This document shows, piece after piece, positions 27,686 through 36,504 of a stretch of 64,000 nt of DNA; positions within the stretch are counted from its first letter, which is position 1; every line of letters starts with the position of its first letter. Source of the DNA: Actinomycetota bacterium (GTDB lineage Bacteria > Actinomycetota > Acidimicrobiia > Acidimicrobiales > JAFATL01). The stretch lies in assembly GCA_041166085.1 (NCBI GenBank), contig JBEEFP010000062.1, positions 2,567 through 66,566 on the forward strand, in the 5' to 3' direction. Below the pieces are notes generated by a model. The model was given only the letters and a program-made list of their open reading frames with translations, made no database searches and had not been told where the DNA came from. Position numbers and translations under genes: made by a program.

Positions 27686-29464
27686 CTACATCGTCTCGGC
27701 GAAGCTGACCTCACCCTCGCCCCGAAGGACGTTCTTGAGGAGCTTCCCTGAGGCGTTCCGCGGCAGCTTGTCGGTGACGATGTCGACGTAGGTGGGCACC
27801 TTGAAGTTCGCGAGCGTCTCGGCCACCCACGAGCGGACCTCGGCCTCGGTGATGGTCTGCCCCGGCTCCACGCGCACCACCGCCTTGACCTCTTCGCCGA
27901 GGGACTGGTGAGGGACGCCAATGACCGCCGCCTCGGCGATGGCGGGATGCTCGGCCAGACGGTTCTCGATCTCGACGCAGTACACGTTCTCGCCACCGCG
28001 GATGATCATGTCCTTGGCCCGGTCGGTGATGAACAAGTAGCCCTCGTCGTCGATGTAGCCGATGTCGCCGGTGTGCAGCCATCCGTCGGTGACGGACTCC
28101 GCGGTCGCCTCCGGCTTGTTCCAGTAGCCGGGCATGATGATCGGACCCTTGATCCACACTTCGCCCAGTTGGCCGGCAGGGGCGTCGGTGCCGTCGGCGG
28201 TCACGATGCGCAGCTCGACGACAGGCATGGCCCGTCCGACCGAGTCGGGGCGGTCGAGGAACTCCTGACCACCGATGGCCGTCGCGACCGATGACGACTC
28301 GGTGAGGCCGTAGGCGTTGCCGAGGGTCCGCACCGCGCCGAACGTCTCCTGCACGCGGCGCTGCAGCTCGGCGGCCGACGGCGACCCCCCGTACGCAACC
28401 GTCTTGATCGAGGTGAGGTCGTACTGGCTGCGGTCGGGATGCTCGACGACGCGCCACACCATCGTCGGCACCGTGGCCCAGATGCTGATGCGCTCGTCCT
28501 GGATGAGGCCCATGGCCTTCTCCGGCTCGAACTTGCCAACCGGGATGACCAGCTTCACCCCGCCGAGGAGTCCCACGACCATGCCGGAGTGGCAGCCCGA
28601 CACGTGGAACAGGGGGGAGGTGAGCAGTGACGCCGACTGCTCGCCGCCGCCCCCCGCGCTCGCGAGCATGTCGACCTTGTTGACCATGGCGCCGGCGACG
28701 GTGTTGTAGATCGTGTTCTGCAGGTTGGCGATCATCGAGCGATGGGTCGAGATGGCGCCCTTGGGCCGGCCCGTCGTGCCACTGGTGTAGAAGATGACGG
28801 CGTTGTCGTCCTCGTCGATCGGCGTCGTGGGCAGCTCGTCGGTGGGCGCCTGCAGCAACTCGTCGAAGCGGTGCAGCTTGTCGCCGCCGCCGAAGTCGGC
28901 CGGGTCGGCGTCGGTCAGGAAGATCGCCTCGAGGTTGGGCAGCTTCTCGGCCTGCTCGGCGACGCGCTCGTAACGACCGCGGTCGGCGATCAGCACCTTG
29001 GCACCGGAATCCTCGAGGCCGTAGACGATCTCGTCGGTCTTCCACCAGCCGTTGAGCCCGACGAGGACGGCGCCGAGGTCGACCGTCCCCCAGAAGGCGA
29101 AGCACCACTCGGGGTTGTTGGCCGACAGCACGGCCACCCGGTCGCCATGGCCCACGCCATATCGGGTTTGGAGAGACAGAGACACGGAGTTGGCGCCACG
29201 CACGAACTCGGTGAAACCGATGCGCCGATCGCCGTAGACGATGTACGTCTGCTCGTCGCCTCGCCCCGCCGCCATGGCCGCGACGTCACGCAGCGATCGC
29301 ATGCGGTCCTTGAACACCCGCATGGGGATGCCCCGAACCTCCTCGGTGATGACCTCGAAGGGCCCACCAGGCCCGGTGAGCTGCTGCTGGACCTCTGCAC
29401 TCGTCGGCACGGACGGGACGTTACTGCTCCGCCCTCGCGGGAAATGATTCCCCGGTATCGCCAT
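27686..29464 (-). CDS. AMP-dependent synthetase/ligase (acyl-CoA synthetase family)
   Basis: AMP-binding box YTSGTTGRPKG, later GWLHTGDIGY and GGENVY. The start is uncertain. ATG 29464 was chosen to avoid overlap with the divergent gene. Confidence 0.85.
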   Translation of the reverse strand: MAIPGNHFPRGRSSNVPSVPTSAEVQQQLTGPGGPFEVITEEVRGIPMRVFKDRMRSLRDVAAMAAGRGDEQTYIVYGDRRIGFTEFVRGANSVSLSLQTRYGVGHGDRVAVLSANNPEWCFAFWGTVDLGAVLVGLNGWWKTDEIVYGLEDSGAKVLIADRGRYERVAEQAEKLPNLEAIFLTDADPADFGGGDKLHRFDELLQAPTDELPTTPIDEDDNAVIFYTSGTTGRPKGAISTHRSMIANLQNTIYNTVAGAMVNKVDMLASAGGGGEQSASLLTSPLFHVSGCHSGMVVGLLGGVKLVIPVGKFEPEKAMGLIQDERISIWATVPTMVWRVVEHPDRSQYDLTSIKTVAYGGSPSAAELQRRVQETFGAVRTLGNAYGLTESSSVATAIGGQEFLDRPDSVGRAMPVVELRIVTADGTDAPAGQLGEVWIKGPIIMPGYWNKPEATAESVTDGWLHTGDIGYIDDEGYLFITDRAKDMIIRGGENVYCVEIENRLAEHPAIAEAAVIGVPHQSLGEEVKAVVRVEPGQTITEAEVRSWVAETLANFKVPTYVDIVTDKLPRNASGKLLKNVLRGEGEVSFAETM

Positions 29465-29486
29465 CGAACCCCAGGAGGGTCCAACC

Positions 29487-29993
29487 ATGGCCAAGGTCGC
29501 CTTCGTGCTCGCCGACGACTTCGAGGACTCGGAGTTCAAGGTTCCTTACGACCGCATCCGAGACGCCGGCCACGACGTCACCGTGATCGGCACCGAGGCG
29601 GGCAAGGAGGTCAAGGGCAAGAAGGGCAAGGAGACCTTCACGGTGGACGCGGCGCCGGGTGACGTCGACGCCGGACAGTTCGACGCCCTCGTGGTCCCAG
29701 GCGGCTACTCGCCGGACAAGCTGCGAGTGAACGACGACATCGTCTCCCTCGTCCGCAAGATCGCGGGGGACGACCGTCCGGTCGCTGCCATCTGCCACGC
29801 CGGGAGCCTTCTCATCGAGGCCGACCTGGTCGACGGGCGGCGCGTCACGTCGTGGCCGTCGATCCGCACCGACCTGGAGAACGCCGGGGCGACGTGGGAG
29901 GACAGCGAGGTGGTCGTCGACGGCAACATCATCACCAGCCGCAAGCCCGACGACCTCGACGCCTTCACCGGCGCCCTGCTCGAACGACTCTGA
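29487..29993 (+). CDS. DJ-1/PfpI family protein
   Basis: 168 aa. AGGAGG RBS. AAICHAGSLL nucleophile-elbow Cys-His. Confidence 0.85.
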   Translation: MAKVAFVLADDFEDSEFKVPYDRIRDAGHDVTVIGTEAGKEVKGKKGKETFTVDAAPGDVDAGQFDALVVPGGYSPDKLRVNDDIVSLVRKIAGDDRPVAAICHAGSLLIEADLVDGRRVTSWPSIRTDLENAGATWEDSEVVVDGNIITSRKPDDLDAFTGALLERL

Positions 29994-30099
29994 CGGTGTA
30001 GTCCGCGCGGTCCCCGGGTACAGACGGAGAAACCCCCCTGGTCGCGAGGAGCACAACGGCGGACGCGATTGGGGGGACTTTCGCGCCGAGGCCCGTCTC

Positions 30100-30148
30100 G
30101 TTCTCGAGGCAATGACTCACGGTTCCCGTAAGTCATTGCCTCGAGAAC
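30100..30148. repeat. Palindromic repeat family B, copy 1 (23-bp arms, 3-nt centre)
   Basis: GTTCTCGAGGCAATGACTCACGG-TTC-CCGTAAGTCATTGCCTCGAGAAC. One arm mismatch. Overlaps the 3' end of the DUF559 gene. Confidence 0.9.
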
Positions 30149-31118
30149 CGTGGCCCAACAGGGCGAGCCGTTCGAGGCGGACCTCCCGGATGGTGGCGAC
30201 GACGTCATCGATGTCGCCCACGATGTGTTCGTGCAGGAATCGCAGCGTCTGGTAGCCCGCGCGGGCGGCCTCATTGTCCCGGGCACGATCGCGCAGCACG
30301 TCAGCGATCCGGGTGCGCCAACGCCGGCCGTCCGCCTCGACGATGAGTCGAGCGTCCGGGTAGCAGCCATCCGCGCACCCGTTCGTCGGCTCCCGACCGG
30401 GATGGGCGAACTGCAGCTTTGGCAGGGGCTCTCCCGCCGCGTCGAGACCGCCGACCAAGGCGCACTCGAGGACGCTGCGCGGCGGCACTGGCCCCTTGGC
30501 GTGACGGTCGAGGAGGGCCGCCAGCATGACCACACCGGGCTTTCCTCGTCGCGTCACCAGCTGCAGCGCTGCGCCCACCTCCGCGGCGGTTGTGAGCCGC
30601 TGTGCGATCGCGTCGTCGAGTGCCGCCCGGGTGCGGGCCTTGCTGGCGACCGCGGCCACGTCCACCAGCGTCCAGGTGGGCGTCGTGATGGGTAGTCCGT
30701 CCATCGACGTCAGCTCGTGCAGATGGGCGTCTGTCAGCTGGTGCACGGTGACCCCTCGCAGTCGGACGTGGCTCGGATGCGGGACGGTCAGGACCAGCTT
30801 CGGACGGCCGAACGCGGCCATCCCCTGCTGGTGGGCCGCCGCCTCGTGCGACACGTACGAGCTCGGACCGGCAGCGAGATGCGCGGCCCACAAGTACCCG
30901 TCGAACGAATCGGGATAGGCCGCCGGCTTGTAGACGCCAGGATGCCGGGCCGTCCACAGGCCACTGCGCAGTCTGCGGAGGATCAGCGGATCCGTGGCGC
31001 CGCACCCCGAGGCCTGGGTCGTATCGAACCATCCTCGCTGCCGCGCCCCGATTGCTTGTACGGCGCGGTCCACATCTCGATTCGTCATGACCCCAAGCAT
31101 GCCGAGGGGGTGTGACAT
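30117..31118 (-). CDS. DUF559 endonuclease-like domain protein with N-terminal AbiEi-like domain
   Basis: 333 aa. C-terminal DGCYPDARLIVEADGRRWRT...RDNEAARAGYQTLRF is typical of DUF559/Vsr-like folds. Alternative in-frame starts at 31100 and 31087. Confidence 0.7.
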   Translation of the reverse strand: MSHPLGMLGVMTNRDVDRAVQAIGARQRGWFDTTQASGCGATDPLILRRLRSGLWTARHPGVYKPAAYPDSFDGYLWAAHLAAGPSSYVSHEAAAHQQGMAAFGRPKLVLTVPHPSHVRLRGVTVHQLTDAHLHELTSMDGLPITTPTWTLVDVAAVASKARTRAALDDAIAQRLTTAAEVGAALQLVTRRGKPGVVMLAALLDRHAKGPVPPRSVLECALVGGLDAAGEPLPKLQFAHPGREPTNGCADGCYPDARLIVEADGRRWRTRIADVLRDRARDNEAARAGYQTLRFLHEHIVGDIDDVVATIREVRLERLALLGHGSRGNDLREP

Positions 31119-31133
31119 CGCCGCCGGCCGCCT

Positions 31134-31182
31134 GTTCCCGAGGCAATGACTTACGGTTTCCGTAAGTCATTGCCTCGAGAAC
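31134..31182. repeat. Palindromic repeat family B, copy 2
   Basis: GTTCCCGAGGCAATGACTTACGG-TTT-CCGTAAGTCATTGCCTCGAGAAC. Lies between the DUF559 start (31118) and the DUF421 stop (31199). Confidence 0.9.
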
Positions 31183-31198
31183 CCGTCAGGGCACAGGG

Positions 31199-31687
31199 TC
31201 AGGAGGCGGCGTCGGGACCCGAGCTGCCCTGCTGCTGCGAGCCCTGGCCTTCGTCCTGCAGGAACGAGATCTTGCCGTCGGGCTCCAGCACGCCGAGGCG
31301 GACCTTGGCCAGGTCGTCGATGCCCTGGTTGCGGGCCTCCTCCGCGAGCTCCGTGGTCGTCATGCGCTCCGCGCGGAGGAACTCCTCGAGCACCTGTCCG
31401 TCCTTGATGATGACCACCGGCATGCCCTCGAGGATCGGGCGCGCGCGCTTGAAGCGAAAGGTCAGGTACGAGAACACCAGGGCCCAGAACGCGATGGTCG
31501 AGACCGCCAGCATGGCGCCGGTCACCGACGTGTCCTCCTGGGTCACGCCCTGCTGGATGAGGTCGCCGACCGTGACGAGCAGCAGCAGCTCGAAGGCCGT
31601 CAGCTGCGACAGCTCGCGCTTGCCCATCCCGCGCGTCAGCAGCCACAGAAAGAAGAAGATGGCGGTGGTTCGGAGGACGAGCTCCAT
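31199..31687 (-). CDS. DUF421 (YetF-like) membrane protein
   Basis: ORF 31199..31993 trimmed to ATG 31687 (MELVLRTTAIFFFLWLL). KRELSQLTAFELLLLVTVGDLIQQ signature. Confidence 0.75.
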   Translation of the reverse strand: MELVLRTTAIFFFLWLLTRGMGKRELSQLTAFELLLLVTVGDLIQQGVTQEDTSVTGAMLAVSTIAFWALVFSYLTFRFKRARPILEGMPVVIIKDGQVLEEFLRAERMTTTELAEEARNQGIDDLAKVRLGVLEPDGKISFLQDEGQGSQQQGSSGPDAAS

Positions 31688-32211
31688 CAGGGCCACACCC
31701 TTGTGCGGTAGCGCACGCTCACGACCGGCTTGCCCTTGTCCAACACCGAGGTCTGGCCCGCGGGCGGCCACAGGGACTGCACCGACGGCGCGATGCGCGC
31801 GTCGAGGGTCACGGTGAGGGTGTCGCCCTTGGGGGCGTCGAACTCCCAGATGACCGAGTCGGACGTCGTCGTCGCCGACGACGGGTCGGGGTCGAGGCTG
31901 TTCCGGTCGAGCAGGCCGAGGTACGCACCGGTGGTGCTCACCTGCACCGTCTTGCCCTTGAACCCTCCGGCGTGGTGGATCTCCACCGTCCACGGGACGG
32001 CGATCCCTGGGCGGGCCGTCCGTGCGTAGGTGAGCGCGAGGTCGTACCCCCCGCCCGACGCGGACACGGTGCCGGACTTCACCCCGAACACCCCGGCCAG
32101 GCCCCCGGCCAGGAAGAGCGTCAGCAGCAGCACGAACAGCCGCCGCAGCATGCGAACCCGTCGAACACGCGAGAGCGACTGCTCCTCGGGCGCGGTCGAC
32201 ATCGAGCTCAT
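31687..32211 (-). CDS. Hypothetical membrane-anchored protein
   Basis: 174 aa with one N-terminal TM and a beta-rich ectodomain. The stop overlaps the DUF421 start (ATGA). Confidence 0.55.
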   Translation of the reverse strand: MSSMSTAPEEQSLSRVRRVRMLRRLFVLLLTLFLAGGLAGVFGVKSGTVSASGGGYDLALTYARTARPGIAVPWTVEIHHAGGFKGKTVQVSTTGAYLGLLDRNSLDPDPSSATTTSDSVIWEFDAPKGDTLTVTLDARIAPSVQSLWPPAGQTSVLDKGKPVVSVRYRTRVWP

Positions 32212-32250
32212 CGGCCCGTCAATACCCCGACGGTGCGGTCCTGACCCCTC

Positions 32251-33468
32251 CTACCGGGACGACCGCGTGCCGCGCACCTCGGCGCGCCGGGCATAGAGGC
32301 GCTGGTCGGCCAGGGCCAGCAGGTCCTCGGGTTCCTCACCGTCGGGGCCGAAGGTGGCGGCGCCCCAGCTGAACGGCGGCGCCCCAGCCTCGATGACGCG
32401 TTCGGCGACGACCGCTGCGCGCGCCTCGGCCGTTTCCGGCAGGAGGACGACGAACTCGTCACCGCCGATGCGGTACGCCTCGTCACCGCTGCGCAGCACG
32501 TCGCCGAAGGCGTTGGCCAGCGAGCGCAGGTACAGGTCACCTGCGAGGTGCCCGTCGGTGTCGTTGACGACCTTGAGCCCGTCGAGGTCGACGACCATGA
32601 GGCTGAAGCGGCGGCCGTACCGGGTGGCCCGGGCCCGTTCACGCCGCAGGTCCCGATCGAGCGCCCGCCGGTTGAGCAGGCCGGTGAGCGGGTCGACGAG
32701 CGCCTCCTGCTCGAGGCGGCCTGCCATGTGCTGCGCGACCGCCTGCAGCGATCGGTCGATGATCATGTGCATGCGCGAGAGCGTCTCGGGAAGCTCCTCG
32801 GGCGGGATCATCGGCACGAGACGGCGCCGCAGCACCTCCCGCAGGCAGACGAGCTGACCGATGGCGACGTCGAGGGTGCCCACCGCGGCTGCGTACTCCT
32901 CGGCCAGCACCTCCATGTCGGGATCGGCGCCCCATCCGAGGGGCTGGGGTCGCTCCATGGCCGAGCTCAGCCCCTGGACGAATTCGACGGCGAACGGCGG
33001 GTGGGTGTCGTCCGGCGTGTTGGGATCCCAGTGGCACAGCTCGTCCCAGTCGGCCGCCACGTCCTTGGCCTCGGCCAGCAGCAGCTCGATGGCGGTCCGC
33101 GGCGACAGGTTGGGCGCCCGCCCCGGCAGGGACAGGGCGTGGCTGAGGGCCGGCAGGTCGCCCCGGGCCACCGCCAGCGCATGCGCGACGGAGGGGCCCG
33201 TCTGCCCATCGGTCAGCACGACCACCACGGCGCCGTCGGCGTGCTCGCGCACCGCGGGCATGAGGTCGGCGGCGTCCCCGTCGGGCAGCTCCTGCTCGAC
33301 AACAATGCTGTTCACCACGGCCCCCGCGGCCAGTTGGGCGCGCGCCTCGGCCATCGTCGCGGCCTCGAGGACCTCTGCCCCATCCATCTCGAGGGCGACG
33401 CGAACGAGCCGGCGGAGCTCGGGATCCGCGTCCACCAGGAGGACCCTGGTGCCCGGTGCGGTTGTCAC
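32251..33468 (-). CDS. Response regulator receiver - linker - GGDEF diguanylate cyclase
   Basis: REC (VLLVDADPELRRL..), GGDEF box RIGGDEFVVLLPE, LTGLLNRRAL. GTG start preceded by AAGGAGGAGG. Confidence 0.85.
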   Translation of the reverse strand: MTTAPGTRVLLVDADPELRRLVRVALEMDGAEVLEAATMAEARAQLAAGAVVNSIVVEQELPDGDAADLMPAVREHADGAVVVVLTDGQTGPSVAHALAVARGDLPALSHALSLPGRAPNLSPRTAIELLLAEAKDVAADWDELCHWDPNTPDDTHPPFAVEFVQGLSSAMERPQPLGWGADPDMEVLAEEYAAAVGTLDVAIGQLVCLREVLRRRLVPMIPPEELPETLSRMHMIIDRSLQAVAQHMAGRLEQEALVDPLTGLLNRRALDRDLRRERARATRYGRRFSLMVVDLDGLKVVNDTDGHLAGDLYLRSLANAFGDVLRSGDEAYRIGGDEFVVLLPETAEARAAVVAERVIEAGAPPFSWGAATFGPDGEEPEDLLALADQRLYARRAEVRGTRSSR

Positions 33469-33552
33469 GCTCAGCGCCGCCTCCTCCTTGGGCTCCGCCC
33501 ACCGATGGACTAGTCATCGGACGGCAAAGGCCGGGGGTTGAGCAGGATCTGC

Positions 33553-34299
33553 TCAGTCGCAGGCGCTGCTGTGGCCGTGCTCGGGCCCGAAGCAGTACAC
33601 GGCGTAGGCCCGCTTCAGCACCGGCTGGGCGACATTGCGCACAGGCACGCCGCCAGGCGTGACGCCCCGCTCCGAGCCGCCGTGGGCGTGGCCGTGCACC
33701 ACCAGGTCGGCGCCCGCCCGGTCGACCGCCTCGGCCAGCAGGTAGCTGCCGAGGAAGGGATAGATCTCCAGCCGCTCCCCTTGGAGCGTCGCTTCGACGG
33801 GCGAGTAGTGCAGCAGGGCGATGCGGACGTCGGCCTCGAGGGCCAGCAGGCTCTCCTCGAGCGCGCCGGCCACCTCGCGGGTGCAGCCCATGAACGCCTT
33901 CATCTCCGGCTCCCCGAACTCGCTGCCGCACGCTCCCGCGAAGCCACCGCCGAAGCCTTTGGCCCCGGCCACTCCGACCCGCGTCCCGTCGACGTCGAGG
34001 ACGGCGCTGTCGCCCTCGAGCACCCGCACGCCCGCGTGGTCGAGCACCTTGACGACCTGCTCGGCCGCGTCGCAGTGGTGGTCGTGGTTGCCGAGCACCG
34101 CGAGCACCGGCACCGGGAGGTCCCGCAGCTCGTCGGCCAGCACCGCGGCCTCGTCGGGATGGCCGACGCGGGTGAGGTCGCCGGCGAGGAGCAGGACGTC
34201 GGCGCGCTGGGCCACGTGCTCGAAGTGGGGCCGCAGCTGGCCGCCCGACTCCACGCCCACGTGCACGTCCCCCACCGCCGCCACGCGCACGCCCCTCAC
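33553..34299 (-). CDS. Metallophosphoesterase (calcineurin-like)
   Basis: GDVHVG, AGDLT, GNHDHH and GHAHGG motifs. 248 aa. Confidence 0.8.
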   Translation of the reverse strand: MRGVRVAAVGDVHVGVESGGQLRPHFEHVAQRADVLLLAGDLTRVGHPDEAAVLADELRDLPVPVLAVLGNHDHHCDAAEQVVKVLDHAGVRVLEGDSAVLDVDGTRVGVAGAKGFGGGFAGACGSEFGEPEMKAFMGCTREVAGALEESLLALEADVRIALLHYSPVEATLQGERLEIYPFLGSYLLAEAVDRAGADLVVHGHAHGGSERGVTPGGVPVRNVAQPVLKRAYAVYCFGPEHGHSSACD

Positions 34300-34550
34300 G
34301 TCACGACCTCCGAGCCCGCCGGCTCGGGGTAGTCCATGAGCGTCGTCTGGTTGTGCACGGCCCGGCCGCCCGAGGTTTCCCGGGCCACCTCGGTCAGCCG
34401 CGCCTGTCGTTCGGCCGTCGCCACCTCGCCCGTGAGGAAGACGCCGGCGGCGGTGAGGGTCACGTGCACGCCCAGCTCCCCGACCCGGTCGGCCAGCGCG
34501 TCGGTGATGTGGGCCACGAGGTACTCGGGCCGATCGTCGGGCGCCGTCAT
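34296..34550 (-). CDS. Small BON-like domain protein
   Basis: 84 aa. GVHVTLTAAGVFLTGEVATAERQARLTEVARETSGGRAVHNQTTL resembles a BON domain. 4-nt overlaps with both neighbours. Confidence 0.5.
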   Translation of the reverse strand: MTAPDDRPEYLVAHITDALADRVGELGVHVTLTAAGVFLTGEVATAERQARLTEVARETSGGRAVHNQTTLMDYPEPAGSEVVT

Positions 34551-35227
34551 CTCGGACCGGTCAGCTGTACCTCGTCGATGGTGGCGAAGAGCCTGCGGAT
34601 GACGTCGGCCGGCACCAGCAGGTCGTTGGACTGCGCGTACAGCAGCAGGCTCAGCACGCGTCTCGCGCCATGGCGCGCGCGTCGCAACAGGTAGTCCCAG
34701 TCGAGCTCGTCGCCCGCGACGATCCCCAGCGCGTCGTGCCAGTGTCGGGGCATGTGCTCGTCGTGCACGATGGCCTTGATCACGAGCAGGTCCTCGGGCG
34801 GGATCAGCCGGAAGCTGCGTCCCTTGTACTGGGCGACCGTCGACCGCTGCAGCATCTCGTCGTCGAGGTAGATGTCGCCCGACGACCGAAAGATCACGTC
34901 GACGAGGATGTCGTCCTTCCAGCCCTTGTAGAGCCAGTGCGGGAAGCGCTCCTCGGTTGCGAACCCGGCACGGCCCATGACGTCGAGCACGTGGCGGGCG
35001 TCCTCGGGACGGACGAACATGTCGATGTCACGGGTCACACGCGGCCGACCCACCGTCGCCGACGCCACGCCGCCCATGAGGACGTACGGGATACCGGCGT
35101 CCTCGACGGTGCTGATGGTCGTGTCGAACACCGCGAGGAAGCGCGCCTCCTCGCCCGCGAATCCCTCAGCTGGACCGCATGCGAGGTCCGCCTCGGCCGC
35201 GGCGGTCGCCTCCAGCTCGTCAGGCAT
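34547..35227 (-). CDS. Pol-beta superfamily nucleotidyltransferase
   Basis: 226 aa. hG[GS]x9-13DxD signature MGGVASATVGRPRVTRDIDMFV. Confidence 0.65.
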   Translation of the reverse strand: MPDELEATAAAEADLACGPAEGFAGEEARFLAVFDTTISTVEDAGIPYVLMGGVASATVGRPRVTRDIDMFVRPEDARHVLDVMGRAGFATEERFPHWLYKGWKDDILVDVIFRSSGDIYLDDEMLQRSTVAQYKGRSFRLIPPEDLLVIKAIVHDEHMPRHWHDALGIVAGDELDWDYLLRRARHGARRVLSLLLYAQSNDLLVPADVIRRLFATIDEVQLTGPR

Positions 35228-35286
35228 CTCGTCTTCGCGGGTACCCGCCGTGTGGGCGGGGCAAACGAACGGGGTAGGACCCAGGC

Positions 35287-35466
35287 ATGAGCGATCCCGA
35301 CGTCACCACCGACCCCGAAGCGCCTGAGGCCGACGCCCTGGAGCAGTCGCAGCCCATCGACGAGCCGGTCGGGCCGGCCGACTCGCCCACGGCTGACCCG
35401 GAGGTCCCTGAGGCGGACGCGCTCGAGCAGGCCCAGTCCATCCCGCTCGACCCTGAAGAGGCGTGA
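35287..35466 (+). CDS. Possible 59-aa acidic protein with internal tandem repeat
   Basis: Hand-translated MSDPDVTTDPEAPEADALEQSQPIDEPVGPADSPTADPEVPEADALEQAQSIPLDPEEA*. The stop lies 3 nt before the GTG of the next gene. One codon short of the ORF-track cut-off. Confidence 0.45.
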   Translation: MSDPDVTTDPEAPEADALEQSQPIDEPVGPADSPTADPEVPEADALEQAQSIPLDPEEA

Positions 35467-35469
35467 CAC

Positions 35470-36423
35470 GTGGCGTCGAGATGGGGATTCGCCCTCTCCA
35501 GTGAGGAGCACCGGCCCAGCGACTTGGTGCGCTACGCCAAACGGGCCGAGGAGATCGGCTTCGCGTTCGTCGGCGTGTCGGACCACTTCCACCCGTGGAC
35601 CAACAGCCAGGGCCAGAGCCCGTTCGTGTGGGCCGTGCTCGGCGCCATCGCCGAGGCGACCGAGCGCATCGATGTCGTGACCGGTGTGACGTGCCCGACC
35701 ATCCGCACCCACCCGGCGATCATCGCCCAGGCCGCGGCCACCACCGCGGCCATGATGCCGGGCCGTTTCTCGCTCGGCGTCGGGTCAGGTGAGGCCCTCA
35801 ACGAGCACATCCTCGGCGACCGGTGGCCCCCCGCCGACGTGCGTCTCGAGATGCTCGACGAGGCCATCGAGGTGATCAGGCTGCTGTGGCAGGGCGGAAC
35901 GCAGTCCCACGAGGGCAAGCACTACCGCGTGGAGGACGCCCGGATCTACACCCTTCCGGACGAGCCCCCGCCGATCATCGTCGCGGCCAGCGGCGAGAAG
36001 GCCGCGCAGGTCGCGGCCAGGCGGGGCGACGGCTTCATGAACACCGCGCCCGACGCCGAGACCATCAAGGCGTGGGAGCAGGCGGGCGGGTCGGGGCCGA
36101 AGTACGGCCAGATCACCGTGTGCTGGGCCAGCGACACCGACACGGCCAAGCAGCAGGCGTATGCGATCTGGCCGAACGCTGCCATCACGGGCCAGCTGTC
36201 CCAGGACCTGCCGACGCCGACGCACTTCGAACAGGCGTCGGAGATGGTGGACGAGGACGCAGTGGCGGAGAAGGTCGTGTGTGGGCCCGACGCCGGCCCG
36301 TACGTGGAGATGATCGCCAAGTACCGCGATGCCGGCTACGACCACCTGTACCTCCACCAGGTCGGCCCCGACCAGGAGGGATTTTTCAGGTTCTGGCAGG
36401 ACACCCTCGCCTCCCGCGTGTGA
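35470..36423 (+). CDS. LLM-class F420-dependent oxidoreductase (G6PDH-related subfamily)
   Basis: 317 aa. SSEEHRPSDLVRYAKRAEEIGF, VSDHFHPW and LGVGSGEALNEH blocks. Confidence 0.85.
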   Translation: MASRWGFALSSEEHRPSDLVRYAKRAEEIGFAFVGVSDHFHPWTNSQGQSPFVWAVLGAIAEATERIDVVTGVTCPTIRTHPAIIAQAAATTAAMMPGRFSLGVGSGEALNEHILGDRWPPADVRLEMLDEAIEVIRLLWQGGTQSHEGKHYRVEDARIYTLPDEPPPIIVAASGEKAAQVAARRGDGFMNTAPDAETIKAWEQAGGSGPKYGQITVCWASDTDTAKQQAYAIWPNAAITGQLSQDLPTPTHFEQASEMVDEDAVAEKVVCGPDAGPYVEMIAKYRDAGYDHLYLHQVGPDQEGFFRFWQDTLASRV

Positions 36424-36439
36424 CATCTGGCTGTGATCC

Positions 36440-36464
36440 GTTAGCCCCTCGCGAGCAGGGGTAC
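36440..36464 (+). promoter_or_regulatory. Candidate SigB/SigF-type general-stress promoter of csbD
   Basis: GTTA-N15-GGGTAC (GTTA 36440-36443, GGGTAC 36459-36464), about 40 nt upstream of the csbD ATG. Resembles actinobacterial GTTT-N15-17-GGGTA(T/C). Confidence 0.35.
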
Positions 36465-36504
36465 ATACGACTGCAACGGTCGACAACGAAAAGGAGTGAG
36501 ACAC

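Noticed and set aside
30301-31170. ORFs beginning MTYGNRKSLPRE / MTYGFRKSLPRE (also 29705..30535 and 31146..31817), and FPDYVRESHAKS-type peptides at the family-A repeats
   Set aside because: These similar peptide starts are simply translations of the palindromic repeats in different frames. The remainder of each ORF is low-complexity and overlaps better-supported genes.
30100-31182. Calling the palindrome-flanked DUF559 gene a mobile element (IS/MITE)
   Set aside because: No transposase or integrase is present, and no target-site duplication is recognisable. The same palindromes are plausibly gene-end hairpins. Reported as a finding but not annotated as a mobile element.
34547-35227. AbiEii-type toxin of an AbiE toxin-antitoxin / abortive-infection pair
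   Set aside because: The GG...DID motif is compatible, but no AbiEi-like antitoxin gene lies immediately upstream. The gene is instead coupled to BON and phosphoesterase genes. Family assignment needs a profile search.
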